A DNA stretch of 58,985 nt, the filler included, from Sanchytrium tribonematis (lineage: Eukaryota), in assembly GCA_018985235.1 (NCBI GenBank). It is 5 parts of 5 records of this genome, joined end to end, with 100 filler letters (N's around TTAATTAATTAA, not from the genome) between each part and the next. Parts side by side here need not be neighbours in the genome. Positions count along the whole stretch, not along the records: positions 1 to 11,743 come from JADGIG010000249.1; positions 11,844 to 23,566 come from JADGIG010000250.1; 3 more parts are not named here. One strand, 5' to 3'. Both the position numbers and the translations under genes were made by a program. Positions 1-13,325 of this stretch are shown piece after piece (position 1 is the stretch's first letter; each line of letters starts with the position of its first letter). The notes under the pieces are model-generated. The model was not told where the DNA came from, made no database searches, and worked only from the letters and a program-made list of their open reading frames with translations.

Positions 1-1976
1 ATTCACCATTGTATTGAACATTACCAGCAGGGATACCACGAGCAGCAAGTGATATGGCAACATCCTGCGCAGTTTGATTGGGCTCTTGAATATTGATAAT
101 TTGACCGGCAAAGTGGATTTTGAAAGCGTATACAAGCTGAATGCCACACAACATGTAGACGTATACCAAAAACTGAAGTAATTGAGCAGCATTTAGTCGA
201 ATTTTGGGGAAAGTGGACAATTTAAATTTGGGCTGATTTAGAGAAGAAATGCACTCAAAGTGATTTACTGAATTCAGTCTAGTGTACTGCGGATCCAGCT
301 GTACATTCTTCCCTAAATAAGTCAATAAAAACCCTTGCAAGTGAAATTTATATGAAATTTCAACTTCATCAAAATCAGGTTGTAAATAATCCAATGTCAT
401 TTCTGGTTGCATCTGGATTCTTTTGCCACTTCTATTGGTCTGCCAAATTGAGATATTACCCATCAATGTTTGTTGGTTTGAATCGGAGACTGCTTGAACT
501 GAATGTTGTCAGGACACTCCTTTAGCTCTTGAATCTGTTCAATCGGCATGCCACCATTGTAGTGATAAATGAATGCAATTTGACTGATTTAGGGCCAGGA
601 TGTTTTGTCAATGTGGAGTTCTGGTCCAGAGAGAGTCCAATATTTGTCAATTTTACCATTTGGAGTTGAATTTGATTCTGGTGCTTTTTCAACTTTCTAT
701 TGTACTGTACCAAGTAAAATCGACGTGTAGCAAGGATCAAAAATTGCATTTCTCTTAGTAAATAGATTTTTTGGAGTGCCTGTTTGTCATTTACAGAAAT
801 ATTGGCTAAGGTAGATCTATCTACTCTGCATTTGAACAAATGGATGCTTTGAGTATCAAACAACTCATCTGCTTCTAAATGGCTCAATTTCTTTAACATG
901 CAAATCTGAGTAAGTTGAACAACTAAATATTGTAATCGTGATTGGAATGTATTTGTGTTGGATTCGTTGCGTTGCAAAGTGATGATTACGATGTTTGATG
1001 TTGATTGGGATGATTTATAACCACGTACACAAGGACAGATGATTGGCTGGTTTTTCATCAATTTTATGATGACTTCCATGGTTGTTTCACTTGGATTGGA
1101 AAATACTTAAGTCTGAAATGATGTGCTTTGTGCGTAATTCTTTTGGCAAATTTGTTGTAGTGCTTCTGGATTGTGTATTTCCTTCCAATTTTCAGGGAAT
1201 GAGAGACAGTCAAGATTAAATTGCTTGATGTTATCAAATTTGACATCGGTAATAAATGCAGATGGGGAGTATTGATTGATTAGTGGCAAAATAGCAAGCT
1301 GGTTGATGGATTTTGAATCCAAAATAATGTGCACTGTGTGGATTCTTTGACTAAAGGCTTTTGAATCTACATCTTTAGTAGATGTAATTTGCAAAAACAA
1401 AAACTCCAATAAGTCTTCAATTTCACATTTGTTAATATGACCACATCGTTGAATGGGTGTCTTTGTTGATTCAGATGGATCCATTTGCATTTCGGAAGTG
1501 CAGCCTGCGTGGATAATAGAATCGCCAAATGTGTGGATTTCGATTGTTTCTTGCGTTTTGTGGGCAGGACAGTTTAAAATAAAGCCATTTTGTTTCAATT
1601 TGAATAGCAATTTGATAAACTGAGATTTATCTGTGATTTGAGACTTTAATTTGCTTAAAAGTGTTGAAATGAAATTGGTGGTTGTTACAGTTTGCTTTTG
1701 GCCCAACACAATAAGATTTTGAGATTGCGTAATTGGTGGCACGTGGCTCTCCGGCTGTTTGACGTTCATTTGAGAGTCATTTGAAGAGTCACTGAGAAGC
1801 GAAGATGCGAAACCATTGTCGAATGATTCAATATCATTAGAATTTGTTGAGTGGATGATGGGTTTTACAATTTCGATGGAATCGTGTAATTTGTTCGTGT
1901 TGTAATTGCTGTTTTGAGTATTTTCAGGCATGATCTGTGCGTTTACAGAAGAGAGAGTAGCTTCTCCGAGTGTCAT
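1..1976 (-). pseudogene. Long disrupted reading frame of unknown function, probably TE-associated; runs off the window start
   Basis: ORFs 1107-1976 and 522-1079 are in the same frame, separated by a single TAA. After a frameshift, another frame stays open from about 460 to base 1 (...GKRIQMQPEMTLDYLQ...AARGIPAGNVQYNGE). No family recognised with confidence. Confidence 0.4.
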
Positions 1977-3703
1977 TGTGCAGCAAATTGCTCATGGATA
2001 AATAAACCGTATTACTTAATGCGAAAAAACAGATGATAGAGGTCTTTGTTAGAATAATATGATGTGATAGAGCAGAGATTACAAAGTGATCAATTATTAA
2101 ATGCGCTAATTTTGTTTTCAATTTAAAGTCATATTGAAATGAATTGATGATAGTTGCAACATGGAAGTCCATGTCACTGACAATAGCAAAATTGCATTGA
2201 AGTGGCGTATTAATAACCCAATTTATTCTTGTTATACGTATCCAAAAGAGAAACTAGACTTTTTTTAAGTTTTCCTGAGAAATCAAATTTGTTAGACAAT
2301 AAAAAAACTTTTGAAAAGCAGGAATGGGAGACTCTGAGATCATAATTTTGCTAGTTGGTAAAGCAATAAGAATTGGAGTACAGGAAGTTGCACCCTTTAC
2401 CTTTCATGATTTAGATACTCGTCGTTTCCCATACTTTCATGTTAATGGAAGACAATACATTGCAGATAGAACTACTAGTAGAACTGTGATACTGAGAAAT
2501 ATGATTTTTAATCTGGATAGTCGCTATCGAAATTGTAATGATTAGTTATTTTATCATTTTGATTTTATCAAAAAAGCCGAATTATGGAAATTAACATTTG
2601 AACAACAAAAAATTTGGACAAAGTATATTCTGTTAAAGGTATCCTCAAAGAATCAAAATGAAAACATCAGAACTATTTCTGTATTAGTTCAAGAATCTTC
2701 TTCATTGAACTTTTTGTAACGAACACCTCATCTATTCGGGGTTGAGTACATAAAGAAAATAAGATTTATTAACACAACTAAGCATAAATTATATCTTTAA
2801 TCTTCAATAAACTTCTTTTCTTATTATTTACAAGACTACATATTCCTACATTTCAACATTTTATGCAAGTAATATTTATCAGTTTGCACATGTTCATAAA
2901 TTAACAGACATTTTAGGAAAAGAACGATTAAACTCATAACAGCTTTGATATATTTGTAGATATGACTAGTAAGTTGTTTGAAATTTAAATAATTCTTAAT
3001 TTATGATGTACCAATTCTCTTACTCTCCATATATCTAAATCTTTTAAATAATGGAGTCTCATCACACATGAATATCTACAAATGTAGTAGCAAACAGCAC
3101 AATTCTTTAATCTCTTATATTTACGATAAGAAAGTAAAATATCCATTGAAAGCAAACCAAAATAGCAATCTTTCTTATTTGGGAATCCAATTTGACTTTG
3201 TTTGACATTGATTGAAAAGCGATATTTAAAATCAAAAAGTGAATGTAAAAAAATTAAACTAAGCGATCCCGAAACGAACGAGACTATCGTTATTATAATC
3301 ATATGGATCTTTATATTGATAGATTAAATGAATATGACTATAATCAAATTATTGAAATCAAGTGGGGTTTGGAATCAAATGGATAAAGAGAAATTACATA
3401 GCTCCAAATCTAACAACGATTATAGAGGTTATTTTAACAAAAATTTGCTGGGTAAAAATGTCGATCAACCACTCGAACTGGGTAGACAAGATGTAGATTG
3501 AAAATAGGCATTCTAAAAACTATTTGAGCGTCTAATTCAGAGATTGAGCAAATCGAAATATGTATTCTCTTAAATCTAACACAAACAGTGTGCAGGTAGG
3601 ACCACTAAATTACTCGCAATACTGTCTTTACAATAATAGTTAAAACCAAAGATAGATTCCACATTATATATGGCTACTTAATAAAACATAAAACTCTTGC
3701 TAT

Positions 3704-3931
3704 TTGGAGACCCTCATCACAATTAATGCAACGCCTATACAAAATACAAAAATCGAGGATGTAATACAATCATTAAATCGCAATTGGATCCAGATATTTG
3801 GACAACCAAAAGAAAGGATTGCAGACAATGGAAGTCGATTTCCGTCAAAAAAGTTTTATACGTACGTGGAAAGTTTAGATTGCATTGTGCAAAGGCAGCT
3901 GGGTAGAACGATACCTTATATCTCTAGGTAG
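3704..3931 (+). mobile_element. Degenerate retroviral-type (rve) integrase fragment
   Basis: WIQIFGQPKERIADNGSRF matches the integrase-core pattern W...FG.P..I.SDNG..F; flanked by stops. Confidence 0.7.
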
Positions 3932-4559
3932 CAAAATAGAGCTCTCCGACATCTGTCAGAAAATTTATAGACAGATTTCCTGTCTCAATTCTGGCTATTA
4001 ATTGGAAAGGATAACACTAAATTTCACCAAAGATAAGCCATATACGACAAAATTGAGAGACCGAGATAAAACAATAGCATGTGCCCACAAAAACAAGCGC
4101 GATAAGGTGTATATATCAAATTCATGGCGAACATCTAAGTTAGATATTATTTCTTACAAGAACAGATGAAATTTGTCAAAGAACTCGAGACAAACATTGT
4201 TGAGTCGAAAGCCGACAATGATAAGTATGTTCAATGCCATATGCATGATGTTTGATTAGCTTTAATCCAATAAGGGTGGTCGCGTCCTATTTTAAATTTA
4301 CTTGATCACCTGTTTAATTAATTGTAAATGGAAAAGGAAAATCAAACCAAAATCAAGTAACGAACGAAGATACTGCAAAAATGTAGCTTTTTAGTATGCT
4401 GTTTTGTTTAGAATTTGGAAATGGAGATGCGAATCAGCTCATTTTGAATTGGCAAAGAGAAGGGGCGTGACCCTGGTGATTGGGTCAATTTGAAATTGCC
4501 AATTGAGTGGCAAATGTAGAACATAAAAGAGAAGAAGATGATTAATAAAATTCTTTTTA

Positions 4560-7500
4560 CTGAAAATGAGTGATTTACAAGTCTCCAGTGGTAACGCAGA
4601 ACACACTATTTCTGATTTTGCGCAATGACGCGTGATCGACTATAATTTCGATCATAGAGTCGGACTTACCACTTGGCGTTTTGGGTTTTCGAATTTTGCT
4701 AGTGCATTGAATGTCCCAGAGCATATGTATTTTCGAGAAATGCTGAAAAATTTACAGCAGGAGTACATCAGCTAATACACTTGGGTGGTCCAATGAGATC
4801 TCTTTCTCATCACGTAATCTCAAATGATGCAAATGAGTTGCAACCAAATCAATCCCAACATCACAATCCCCTGTTGCAAACTAATTTGTGAACATTAACA
4901 ACTGATCAGAATGTGCTCTGAATGTTTACTAATCACTCTTAACATCCCCTGTACTATCTGGATAGCACGCTCAGCAATCCCATTCTCTTTCTTCACATCT
5001 GGATGGCTCTTTTTCATCTTAATATGCTCTGATTTTACAAATTCATCAAATTTCCCAAGAAATTCACATCCGCTTTGTCTGACACTAGTAAACTCGGAAA
5101 CCCCCACTTTGAGCAGTATTTAATCAATGCAAAAGCTGTTTAATACGCAGATTTGTTAATCATGGGGTGTAAATGGGTGCATCCACTGAACATGTCCGGA
5201 ATCACTGCCACATATTTAAAATCTCCTTCATCAATTTCCATCAGATCTATCCCAACAATCTCATTTACACCCTTTGGCATTCTGAATTTCATTACAATAC
5301 GGACAGCATTTCACAAAATTAATGATCATTTCATCCTTGTTTTTAAAGTGATAATTGGATAGTAATAGGCGCATGGGCCCTATTGCAGCATGGTACTTGT
5401 GTGTGGCTCTTAATAATCCTGCAACATCCTCCAAATTGGCTTCATTTCCCTGGTGTAAATCATCTTGAGGTAATTCGTCATGAGAAATCATCCCCTTGCA
5501 AAATGCACACATGAAATCATCTTCCAAGTCACTGTCCATCAATCCATAACAGTCTTGATGAGCGAACCTGTCACATTCTCTACATTGGACCATCACATCT
5601 CTCTCGACATTGACTTTGCAAATGCATGCAGTGACATCTGGTTGGAGGGTTTCAGCATTCTCCATTGGTACTGGCTGCTTTCTAGATAATTCCGAATCAT
5701 CATCAATCAATTTTGCTTCCAATTTATCATTTTCCAACTTTGCTCCCTTGCTCCTTGTTTGGTATATTGGTAATCGTGATAACAGATCTGCTTGGCCATT
5801 TGCTTTTCCTTTAATCGGCACATACTGAATATTTTATGGCTGGACAATATCTATCCAGGATTTGACCTTGTTGGTCAATTTGCTACCATATCCCCTGACA
5901 AACCAACCACCACTCTCTGAATCACAATGAATTCTAATCAGATTGGATCCCATGTACTTGCCATACTTTAATATCCCCTTTTCAATGGCATACATCTCCT
6001 TTTCATGAATTGAGTACTTCTTCTCACTCTTATCCAGAGACTTGGAAAATATTGCAATCAATTTCCCATCTTGATAGAGTGTACATCCAATCGCAAATCC
6101 ACTCGCGTCCGTATACATGTCGTACGGCATTTCATTCTTGAAATATGCCAACTTGGTGCTTTCTAATAAATCCATGGCCCATTTTAATGCCTTTTCTGCT
6201 TCATCGTCCCAGTAAAATAGCTTTCTGGCATTGTAGATTCTAATGGGGGCAATCACATCCTCGAAATTCATCACAAAGTCGCGCACCCAACTGAACATCC
6301 CGAGGATTCTAGCATATTCTCTCCTCGTTTCAGGGGATTTATTTCCTTTCAATTGAATCAAATAGCCAGGTTTACACGTAAATCCAGTAGAATCAACCTT
6401 GAAACCGCAGGAAATGACTTATTTCTGAGCCAAACTGGATTTTCTCCCAATTGATGTTTACATTCTTCTTGGTTGCAATTTCGATGAAATGATTCACATT
6501 CTGGTAATGCTCCTCTAATGTTTTATCCTTTAAAACAGTGTCATCAACAAAGACAGCCTTATTCTTGATATCCTTGAATGCTTCAGTACTGGAATATTGG
6601 AAGATTCCCATGGACTGTTTAAGTCCCTGTCCAAGACGCAGTATATTATACTGGCCATTGGGAGTACACACACTAATCAATTCACCTGTTTCCTTATCAA
6701 CACCATTATTAAAGAAAAAATCCTTCTGATGAACTTTAGAAACCACTCAAATCCCTCAAATAGCTGCAACTAGTCTAAAAGCAGTGGGATGGGATACCCC
6801 ATGTGTTTAGTGGCCATATTGACTCTGCGGTAGTCAGATACGCATCTTCAATCCCCATTTCTTTTGGCAACTAAAAACATGGCAGAACAAATCTCACTGA
6901 TTCCATGATACATGATATTTCTATTTAGTAAATCATCTACTTTGGCATTCAATACGCCCACATTGTTGCTTTTGTAGGGTAATTGGCGTAGTTTAAAAAT
7001 ATCTGCTCCATCAACCAACTCAATTCTGGCAAGTGGACATCAGCCGGTCGTATGTCATCGTGAGAATACTTGTCAATGAGCTGGTAAAAGTCATTCAATT
7101 TGATCTTGCTGGGAATTTTCGGTGATGCTTTCTTCAAATTCCAAACTAGACTGCTTTTCATCTTTTCCTTCAGGATGTCTCTACCAATGATAGGATGGGA
7201 TGGATAATGACTATCTAACACTAAAAAGGGGTGCTGGGGAAAAGAATTCCCATGAATATTTAATTCAACCAATGCACTCCCCAAACAATTAATTGGTTCT
7301 CCACCACCAATAATTTGGCAATTACTGTCTTTTAGTTCCAATTTCAATAAATCAACATGGATTGACTCACAACACTTGCATCAGCTCCAGTATCTAAAAT
7401 TGACTTGATTGGCTGCTTATTCATTTAAACAACATGATGTTGATCAACTGGGGCTTGATTGGACATTTTAATGAAATTAATCACTGATTTACCCTCTCTT

Positions 7501-7890
7501 TCTTTTTTGCAAATATTCCAATCATAAACATAATTGGATCCACAGGCAAAAAAAGGTCGGCAAATCTTGCTTGGGCTTCAAATACCTGGGATTTCCCTGC
7601 TCAAATCTCTCACAACTAGCCACAACATTCTTCAATTCTTTAAAATCATTGTAGATGTTTCCAACAATGAATTTCTTGATTGATGGCTTCAAACCATCAA
7701 TGGTCTGCTCTAAAGCTTCATTTGTGCCTAATTATAAAAGACGCCCATTGGCCTCCATTCTATTCAAATACACATCAGATGCTTAATCAATTGGACCAAA
7801 CAAGATGATGCAACTTAGGCACATTGGATTATTTAAAAATGGGTTGCCTCTGGATATTTGTGGTGTCCTATTGACCTCGCAACTTTGGGA
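4560..7890 (-). mobile_element. Decayed Ty3/Gypsy LTR retrotransposon internal region (gag-PR-RT-RH-PHD-INT)
   Basis: Order on the minus strand: gag-like remnant with degenerate zinc knuckle (about 7510-7890); protease ILDTGAD (about 7400); RT DYRRVN...GLKQS...FVDD (6393-6950); RNase H DASGFAIG...EKEMYAI...HCD (5834-6361); KANGQADLLSR; PHD finger; HHCC zinc finger; integrase ENGIAERAIQ (4895-5107). Multiple stops and frameshifts; LTRs not found. Confidence 0.93.
5498..5626 (-). other. PHD finger (C4HC3) embedded in Gypsy pol
   Basis: CICKVNVERDVMVQCRECDRFAHQDCYGL...FMCAFC: all eight zinc ligands at PHD spacing. Confidence 0.88.
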
Positions 7891-8900
7891 TGCAGTTAAT
7901 TCAATTTTCCAAAAATCAACACAAAATTTTACAAGGCAAAATCCGTAAAATCATAAAATTACTACTTGGATCTACAATCTCAATGCCTAATTTATTATTA
8001 AAGAAGGCTTGCATCTATCCTGACACTTTAAAAAGAAATCAATATTTTATTCAAAAACAACGAGTTGGAGATGGGATGCATCATTTGAGAATATCTATTT
8101 CATTAAATAATCGTTTAAATTTCATTTTCATTTTTCTCTTATCAATCAAATTAATTTTTGGAAATTTAAACCAAATTCAAGAAATTTTCATTGTGACAAA
8201 TGTGATTCATTTCACCCATATTTACAGTCTGAATTACAATGTGCTGTCAATAATGGCTTATTTGATGGACTTAATACCTTAAGTGATACCGCAAATCGAA
8301 ATCATTCCCCAAACAATCAAGACTTAGAAACATATCCAAATCACATCTCAAATTTCAATAGATATACACTCACACCTGATACGTCATTAACGGATGATTA
8401 TATTGGTATTGGAATCATCGTAACCAAGCCAAATTCCAACGATTCATTTTCAGAATTCAATTACAAATTACATTGCACAAATGGCATTCAACCATGCAGC
8501 ACAGAAATTGAATGCATTGCTATTAATATGTGCATACAATATGCACTGGCTAATTCATTTACAAACATTAGAATATTTAATAATAATCAAGGGAGTGTAA
8601 AGATTAATCAATAATTTATTGTACGGAAATGACCCTGCTAAGAATCCATTTTCATACCATTTTAGAGAATATACAAAATTTATGTATGATCCGCCCCAAA
8701 TTGAGTGGATAAAAGGTCACAATGGCCCCATTTTAAACGATAGAGCTGATTTTTTAGCAAAATCTGCTCAAAATTCACAAATATTACCATTTAAATCAAA
8801 GACTTTTATTAAACCACGATTAAATAATATTATTTATTTATTTATTTGATAACGAAATTAATATTAATGATTTGAATGAGCAACAAACTAATTTACTAAA
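7890..8900 (+). mobile_element. Decayed non-LTR retrotransposon fragment with cellular-type RNase H
   Basis: IGIGII...TEIECIAI...IEWIKGHNGPILNDRADFLAK (RNase HI C-terminal motif WVKGH.G...N..AD.LAK); very AT-rich and interrupted by stops. Confidence 0.7.
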
Positions 8901-9059
8901 TACAAGAATCAATACATTTAAGGAAAATTATAATTTGCATTATTAGTGCATTGGTGTTTAGCATTGTCGTTGGCAGTTGTAGACCCTATTAATAAAATTT
9001 CTTTCTTTCTTTCAGAAGTAAGATTATCTGAAATTTATCTGTCTGCTTGTTTTAATGAT

Positions 9060-10490
9060 CTTCAAACTACTTGCCTCCTTGGCACGGGTGCCAATGTCTC
9101 TATTTTACGTGCAAAAATGCTTGGAAACATGAAGGATGTGCAGATGCAAAATTGTGATTTGAGGATTTCTTGTGGAGGCGTATTGAAGCCAATATTAGGA
9201 AGAGCTTTGGTAAGAGTTAAGCTAAATGATTTTAAGCCATTTTGGCATTGGTTTTACGTGCTAGAGGGAAACTACCCACTCCATCTAATTATTGAAACTG
9301 ACATTCTCAATAACCATTTCACATCTAAATTGGTGATTGGTGATTCAGGAAAAGGATTAAGTGTTCAATAATGTGGCATATAAAAATGAGATTAAATCAA
9401 TTTTGAGACCCAAATTAGCACACTTGGATGAAAAACATCTTCAATGGTACTGGTAATATTCGAGAAATATCATGTGGATCCCCTGAAACCTATTAAAGTT
9501 TTTCCAATTGATTTGGAATTGAAAGATAATGTGGATTTCAGCTGAGTCAGAACCATACCCAGATTCATATCCAAAGATGAGATTGCTGATAAATATATGG
9601 CTCTTGGATTCATTAAAAAGGGTGAAAGTCAATAAAGAATGGAAAGATAAGACTAGTGATCGATTATCGTAAAGTGAATCATAATACCAAGCTAAATAGT
9701 CTACCCATTGCACGAATTGATGGTTACAAATATGTATCCTGTTCTAATTACGTCCCCACTTTGAAGAGCCAATTAGAGATGTAATATCTATGAAATCAAA
9801 GTTTATATGGACACCAGCACCAGAAACAGCTTCGAGAAATGCACTAGATTGGGCTCGCAGCATCAGATTTCCAACATCTAGAATGGTGCAAATTGTGACT
9901 TGTTTGTTGATACAAGTCAAGCCAGTGTCGGAGGTGCCATATTCGAGAATAGCATCCTGGTGGGACTGTTTTCTCGCAAATTAAATCGCACCATGCAAAC
10001 TTGGGATTGCTTTGAAAAAGAATTATACGGTGCTTACGTGGGATTGAACAAGTTTGGTAGGTATTTGGGTGGCAACAGAGTCACTATTAGATCAGACAAT
10101 GAGGCAGCCATCTACTTGTTGAATGGTATGGAAATAAGAAATCTCCGAAAATCCTAAGTTGGATTAAATCCATCCAACTTTGGCTGGTCTGTGTAAACAA
10201 ATCAATAGTGGATTTGAAGATGGTGACATCCGTCGCTTTGACTTCTTTTTAGACCATCAATTCATGGAAGTCATTTATTTGAGTATCTACCAATCAGAAG
10301 TGTTACACGCATTACAGCAACTAAAAGAAATTTCAACTTTTAAAGAGCAGTTTTGCAAAGCAAACACTTTAGTGATAATCAATTCATGCTCGTGTTGCAT
10401 AAAAAACAAGATTTGAAGAAACAAGAGATTGCAAGACTGAAATTGTTGGTGAAAGAAATTGGGAAATTTGTGTATTTGACATAAAATACC
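9060..10490 (+). mobile_element. Second, heavily decayed Ty3/Gypsy pol fragment (PR, RNase H, integrase Zn finger remnant)
   Basis: LLGTGANVS (protease DTGA, mutated); FVDTSQASVGGAIF...FSRKLN...EKELYG...IRSDN (Gypsy RNase H); much of RT missing. Confidence 0.8.
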
Positions 10491-10849
10491 CAAGTCTTCA
10501 ACAAATTGTGCAAGTATTTAATATCTATTTATTGCAAATTGACCAGCACCAGTGGAAAAGCGCGTTTAAAGTTGAATGAAGTTGGTGATTTAGGAAATGG
10601 TAACTTGACTGACGAAATGGATCATTCTGATGAAGATATCTTTTCCTTTTTTGAAAACACCACTACGAAAGTCCACATTCGCGTTATCAACACCGCTAAT
10701 TTGTGTTTCCAAATGACTGTTAAAATTAATTTACTAGACATTACACATCGCCGAAACAAATGGAATCCAAACTTTCACAGCATACTCTTAAATAAGAGAA
10801 CAATTACAAACTCTAATCCAAAATTGAAAAAAAAACGACCAAATTGAAA

Positions 10850-11743
10850 TAAATGGCTAATTACTGAGTGGCTCGAGAAATAGAGTCAATTCTCAAACCC
10901 ACATTCATTTAATAATTACCATCGTAATTTTAGACATCTTAATGGCATCCAGGTATGGGGTGTTATCTACCAGCTGCAGAAGCATCAAATGCTAGTGAAT
11001 ATTTTATGACTAATTTCTATTCTGTAGGGGGTCCAAATACTCTGTCTATCGGTGATTACAACAAAGATTTGATTAATCTAAATAATTTTCCCAAGTAACT
11101 TCTTTTTCATCAAAATACATATGAACAAAATTTAGAGATAGCAGGATGTAATAATAGTGATTTGTCATTCATATCGTACAATGGGAGCCGCCACAGTAAC
11201 ATGGACATTTTGATTTTCCCCATGTCAACTCCTTATTATCTAGAAATCTCTGCTTTAAATCACTCTTGTTCAGATCATTTGCCAATTCTAGTACATGCTG
11301 ATGAAGATATCGATTCTGAAGATATCATTTTAGCAAAGCAAGAGAAAATTAGATTAAATAAATTTAAAGAATTTACTTTTGATGAATTTAATCATAAAAT
11401 TTATCCTATTAGAAATCATTACAAACTGCTTACCGCATCAAAACTTCGATTATTTCAACACACTTTCTATCAACATTTATCTGAGAAGAATTTAGATTCT
11501 GCATTAGATTTTCTTGGTGAAATACTGATTGAATCTGCAAATCATTCCGCTGGATTCAGTAGAGGGCGCAAATAATTCATTTCTGATCATATGCATGAAC
11601 TAGGACAGGCATTTCAACAATTATCTCAAAACGGCTTTATTTCCGGTAATTCTCAAAATTTCATAGCTAATTACAATCAGTCTCAGAAATGAGATCTCCG
11701 AGAGTGATCTACTAAAATCACTATTTTTAGTATTTGCGCATCC
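10850..11743 (+). mobile_element. Decayed LINE-type apurinic endonuclease (EEP) fragment
   Basis: IGDYN, SFISYNGSRHSNMDILI and CSDHLPI motifs; truncated by contig end. Confidence 0.7.
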
Positions 11744-11843
11744 NNNNNNNNNNNNNNNNNNNNNNNNNNNNNNNNNNNNNNNNNNNNTTAATTAATTAAN
11801 NNNNNNNNNNNNNNNNNNNNNNNNNNNNNNNNNNNNNNNNNNN
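11744..11843. other. Artificial contig linker
   Basis: 44 N + TTAATTAATTAA (stops in all six frames) + 44 N. Confidence 0.98.
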
Positions 11844-11905
11844 ACGAAAAAGATTTAATCTAGATAATATTTTAGGATAGACATTCAAGGAAATCCCCCT
11901 GTTTC

Positions 11906-12922
11906 ATGAATATTAGTTTTAAAAAAGTGTTGAATACCTTTCCCATTTGGAATAGGTTTTTAAAATGTTGGATCTCAACGGTAAAGCAAGATTTAATCGT
12001 CTCTGATGAGCTCGCACTTTTGAATTTGATACCTTATCCATACTCAATTGAGAAAGTAATGCTGAGCGAAAGCAGCTATATCAATACCCTTAAGTTAAAT
12101 GGTAAAGGGCGCAGAAATACAATTGTGATGACTCATGGATATGGTGCTGGTTTAGGATATTTTTATAAAAATCTATCTTCTCTAGGTGAGTGTCTTGGGG
12201 ATGTGAATGCCATTTATGCTATAGATTGGCTTGGTATGGGAGAATCTTCGAGATGTGAAATCAAACTGGGTTCTATTTCTGATGTTGAAAATTATTTTGT
12301 AGATTCACTGGAGCAATGGAGAATTAAATTAAATTTGAAAAAACTAATCCTTTGCGGACATTCTTTTGGTGGCTACCTCTGCACTGTATATGCTCTAAAG
12401 TATCCAGAAAATGTTGAGCGATTGGTTTTAATATCTCCGGTTGGCTTTGCTGAGAAGCCTCTTCAAAATTTTAGAATACCACCAAAGTTTATTGAAATTT
12501 GCTGGAATTTTAATGTGACCCCCCAAACGCTCTTAAGGTTCATGGGTCCAATAAGCTATTTAGTAGTTTCTTTAATGACAACTAATAGATTTAAAAATAT
12601 ATCCCATGAAGAATTGGTGGCAATTACATCTTATTCTCATCATATAAATGTTAAATACAGAGGCAGTGGTGAATATGCAATGAACCCGTTATTATTGCCC
12701 GGTGCTTACGCCCGAAAGCCATTAATATACAGGTATAAGAAAATAAGTTGTCCTATTGATTTTATCTTTGGAAAAAATGACTGGTGTGAATCAGAAATGC
12801 TCGTGGAAATGACTGATGACTTGTTGCAGCACGTAATCCATTTCTGCGATGGTGGGCATTTCATGTTTTTGGATCATCCTGAAAAATTCAATAATTTGAT
12901 GGTTGATATTTTGAAATATTGA
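11906..12922 (+). CDS. Alpha/beta hydrolase, ABHD4/5 (Cld1/Ict1-like) lipase/acyltransferase
   Basis: HGYGAG, DWLGMGESSR, GHSFGG nucleophile elbow, C-terminal HxxxxD (HFMFLD). Confidence 0.9.
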   Translation: MNISFKKVLNTFPIWNRFLKCWISTVKQDLIVSDELALLNLIPYPYSIEKVMLSESSYINTLKLNGKGRRNTIVMTHGYGAGLGYFYKNLSSLGECLGDVNAIYAIDWLGMGESSRCEIKLGSISDVENYFVDSLEQWRIKLNLKKLILCGHSFGGYLCTVYALKYPENVERLVLISPVGFAEKPLQNFRIPPKFIEICWNFNVTPQTLLRFMGPISYLVVSLMTTNRFKNISHEELVAITSYSHHINVKYRGSGEYAMNPLLLPGAYARKPLIYRYKKISCPIDFIFGKNDWCESEMLVEMTDDLLQHVIHFCDGGHFMFLDHPEKFNNLMVDILKY

Positions 12923-13022
12923 TAATAGTGTATATTAGCTTGATATTCGCAACCAAATGAATTTCAATTGACAATTAAATAAAATTTTGAACTATAAGAA
13001 TCGGAGGTGAAACAATTTCTCA

Positions 13023-13325
13023 ATGTCATCCGTCACAACAACCTCACTGCCAATTAAGCGACAACTAGAGACACTGGATGATAAAAGGCTATCGAAAAAG
13101 CAGCATTACGATGACAATGTATTGGAACCAGCCGTTATGAATTGGAACAATTTACCCTTTTTGATTCTCATCCATGTTTTTCTAATTAGCTGGATGAGCT
13201 TTATAATCGTTTCAACCATTGGTCTTGCTATAAATTTATTAGCCTTGGCACTCATAGTTGCACCATTTAAAATTGTTGAAATTTTGCTGAACAAGGGCAA
13301 CAATTCAAAGCAGAATAAATCTTAA
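13023..13325 (+). CDS. Small hypothetical membrane protein
   Basis: 100-aa ATG ORF with a long hydrophobic segment. Confidence 0.5.
   Translation: MSSVTTTSLPIKRQLETLDDKRLSKKQHYDDNVLEPAVMNWNNLPFLILIHVFLISWMSFIIVSTIGLAINLLALALIVAPFKIVEILLNKGNNSKQNKS

Noticed and set aside
312..331. Intron-like gtttttattgacttatttag on the minus strand
   Set aside because: The unspliced frame is open, and splicing leads to a stop within about ten codons.
4260..4560. Possible LTR or inverted repeat beside the Gypsy element
   Set aside because: Only weak partial similarity; no second LTR copy, PBS or TSD could be identified.
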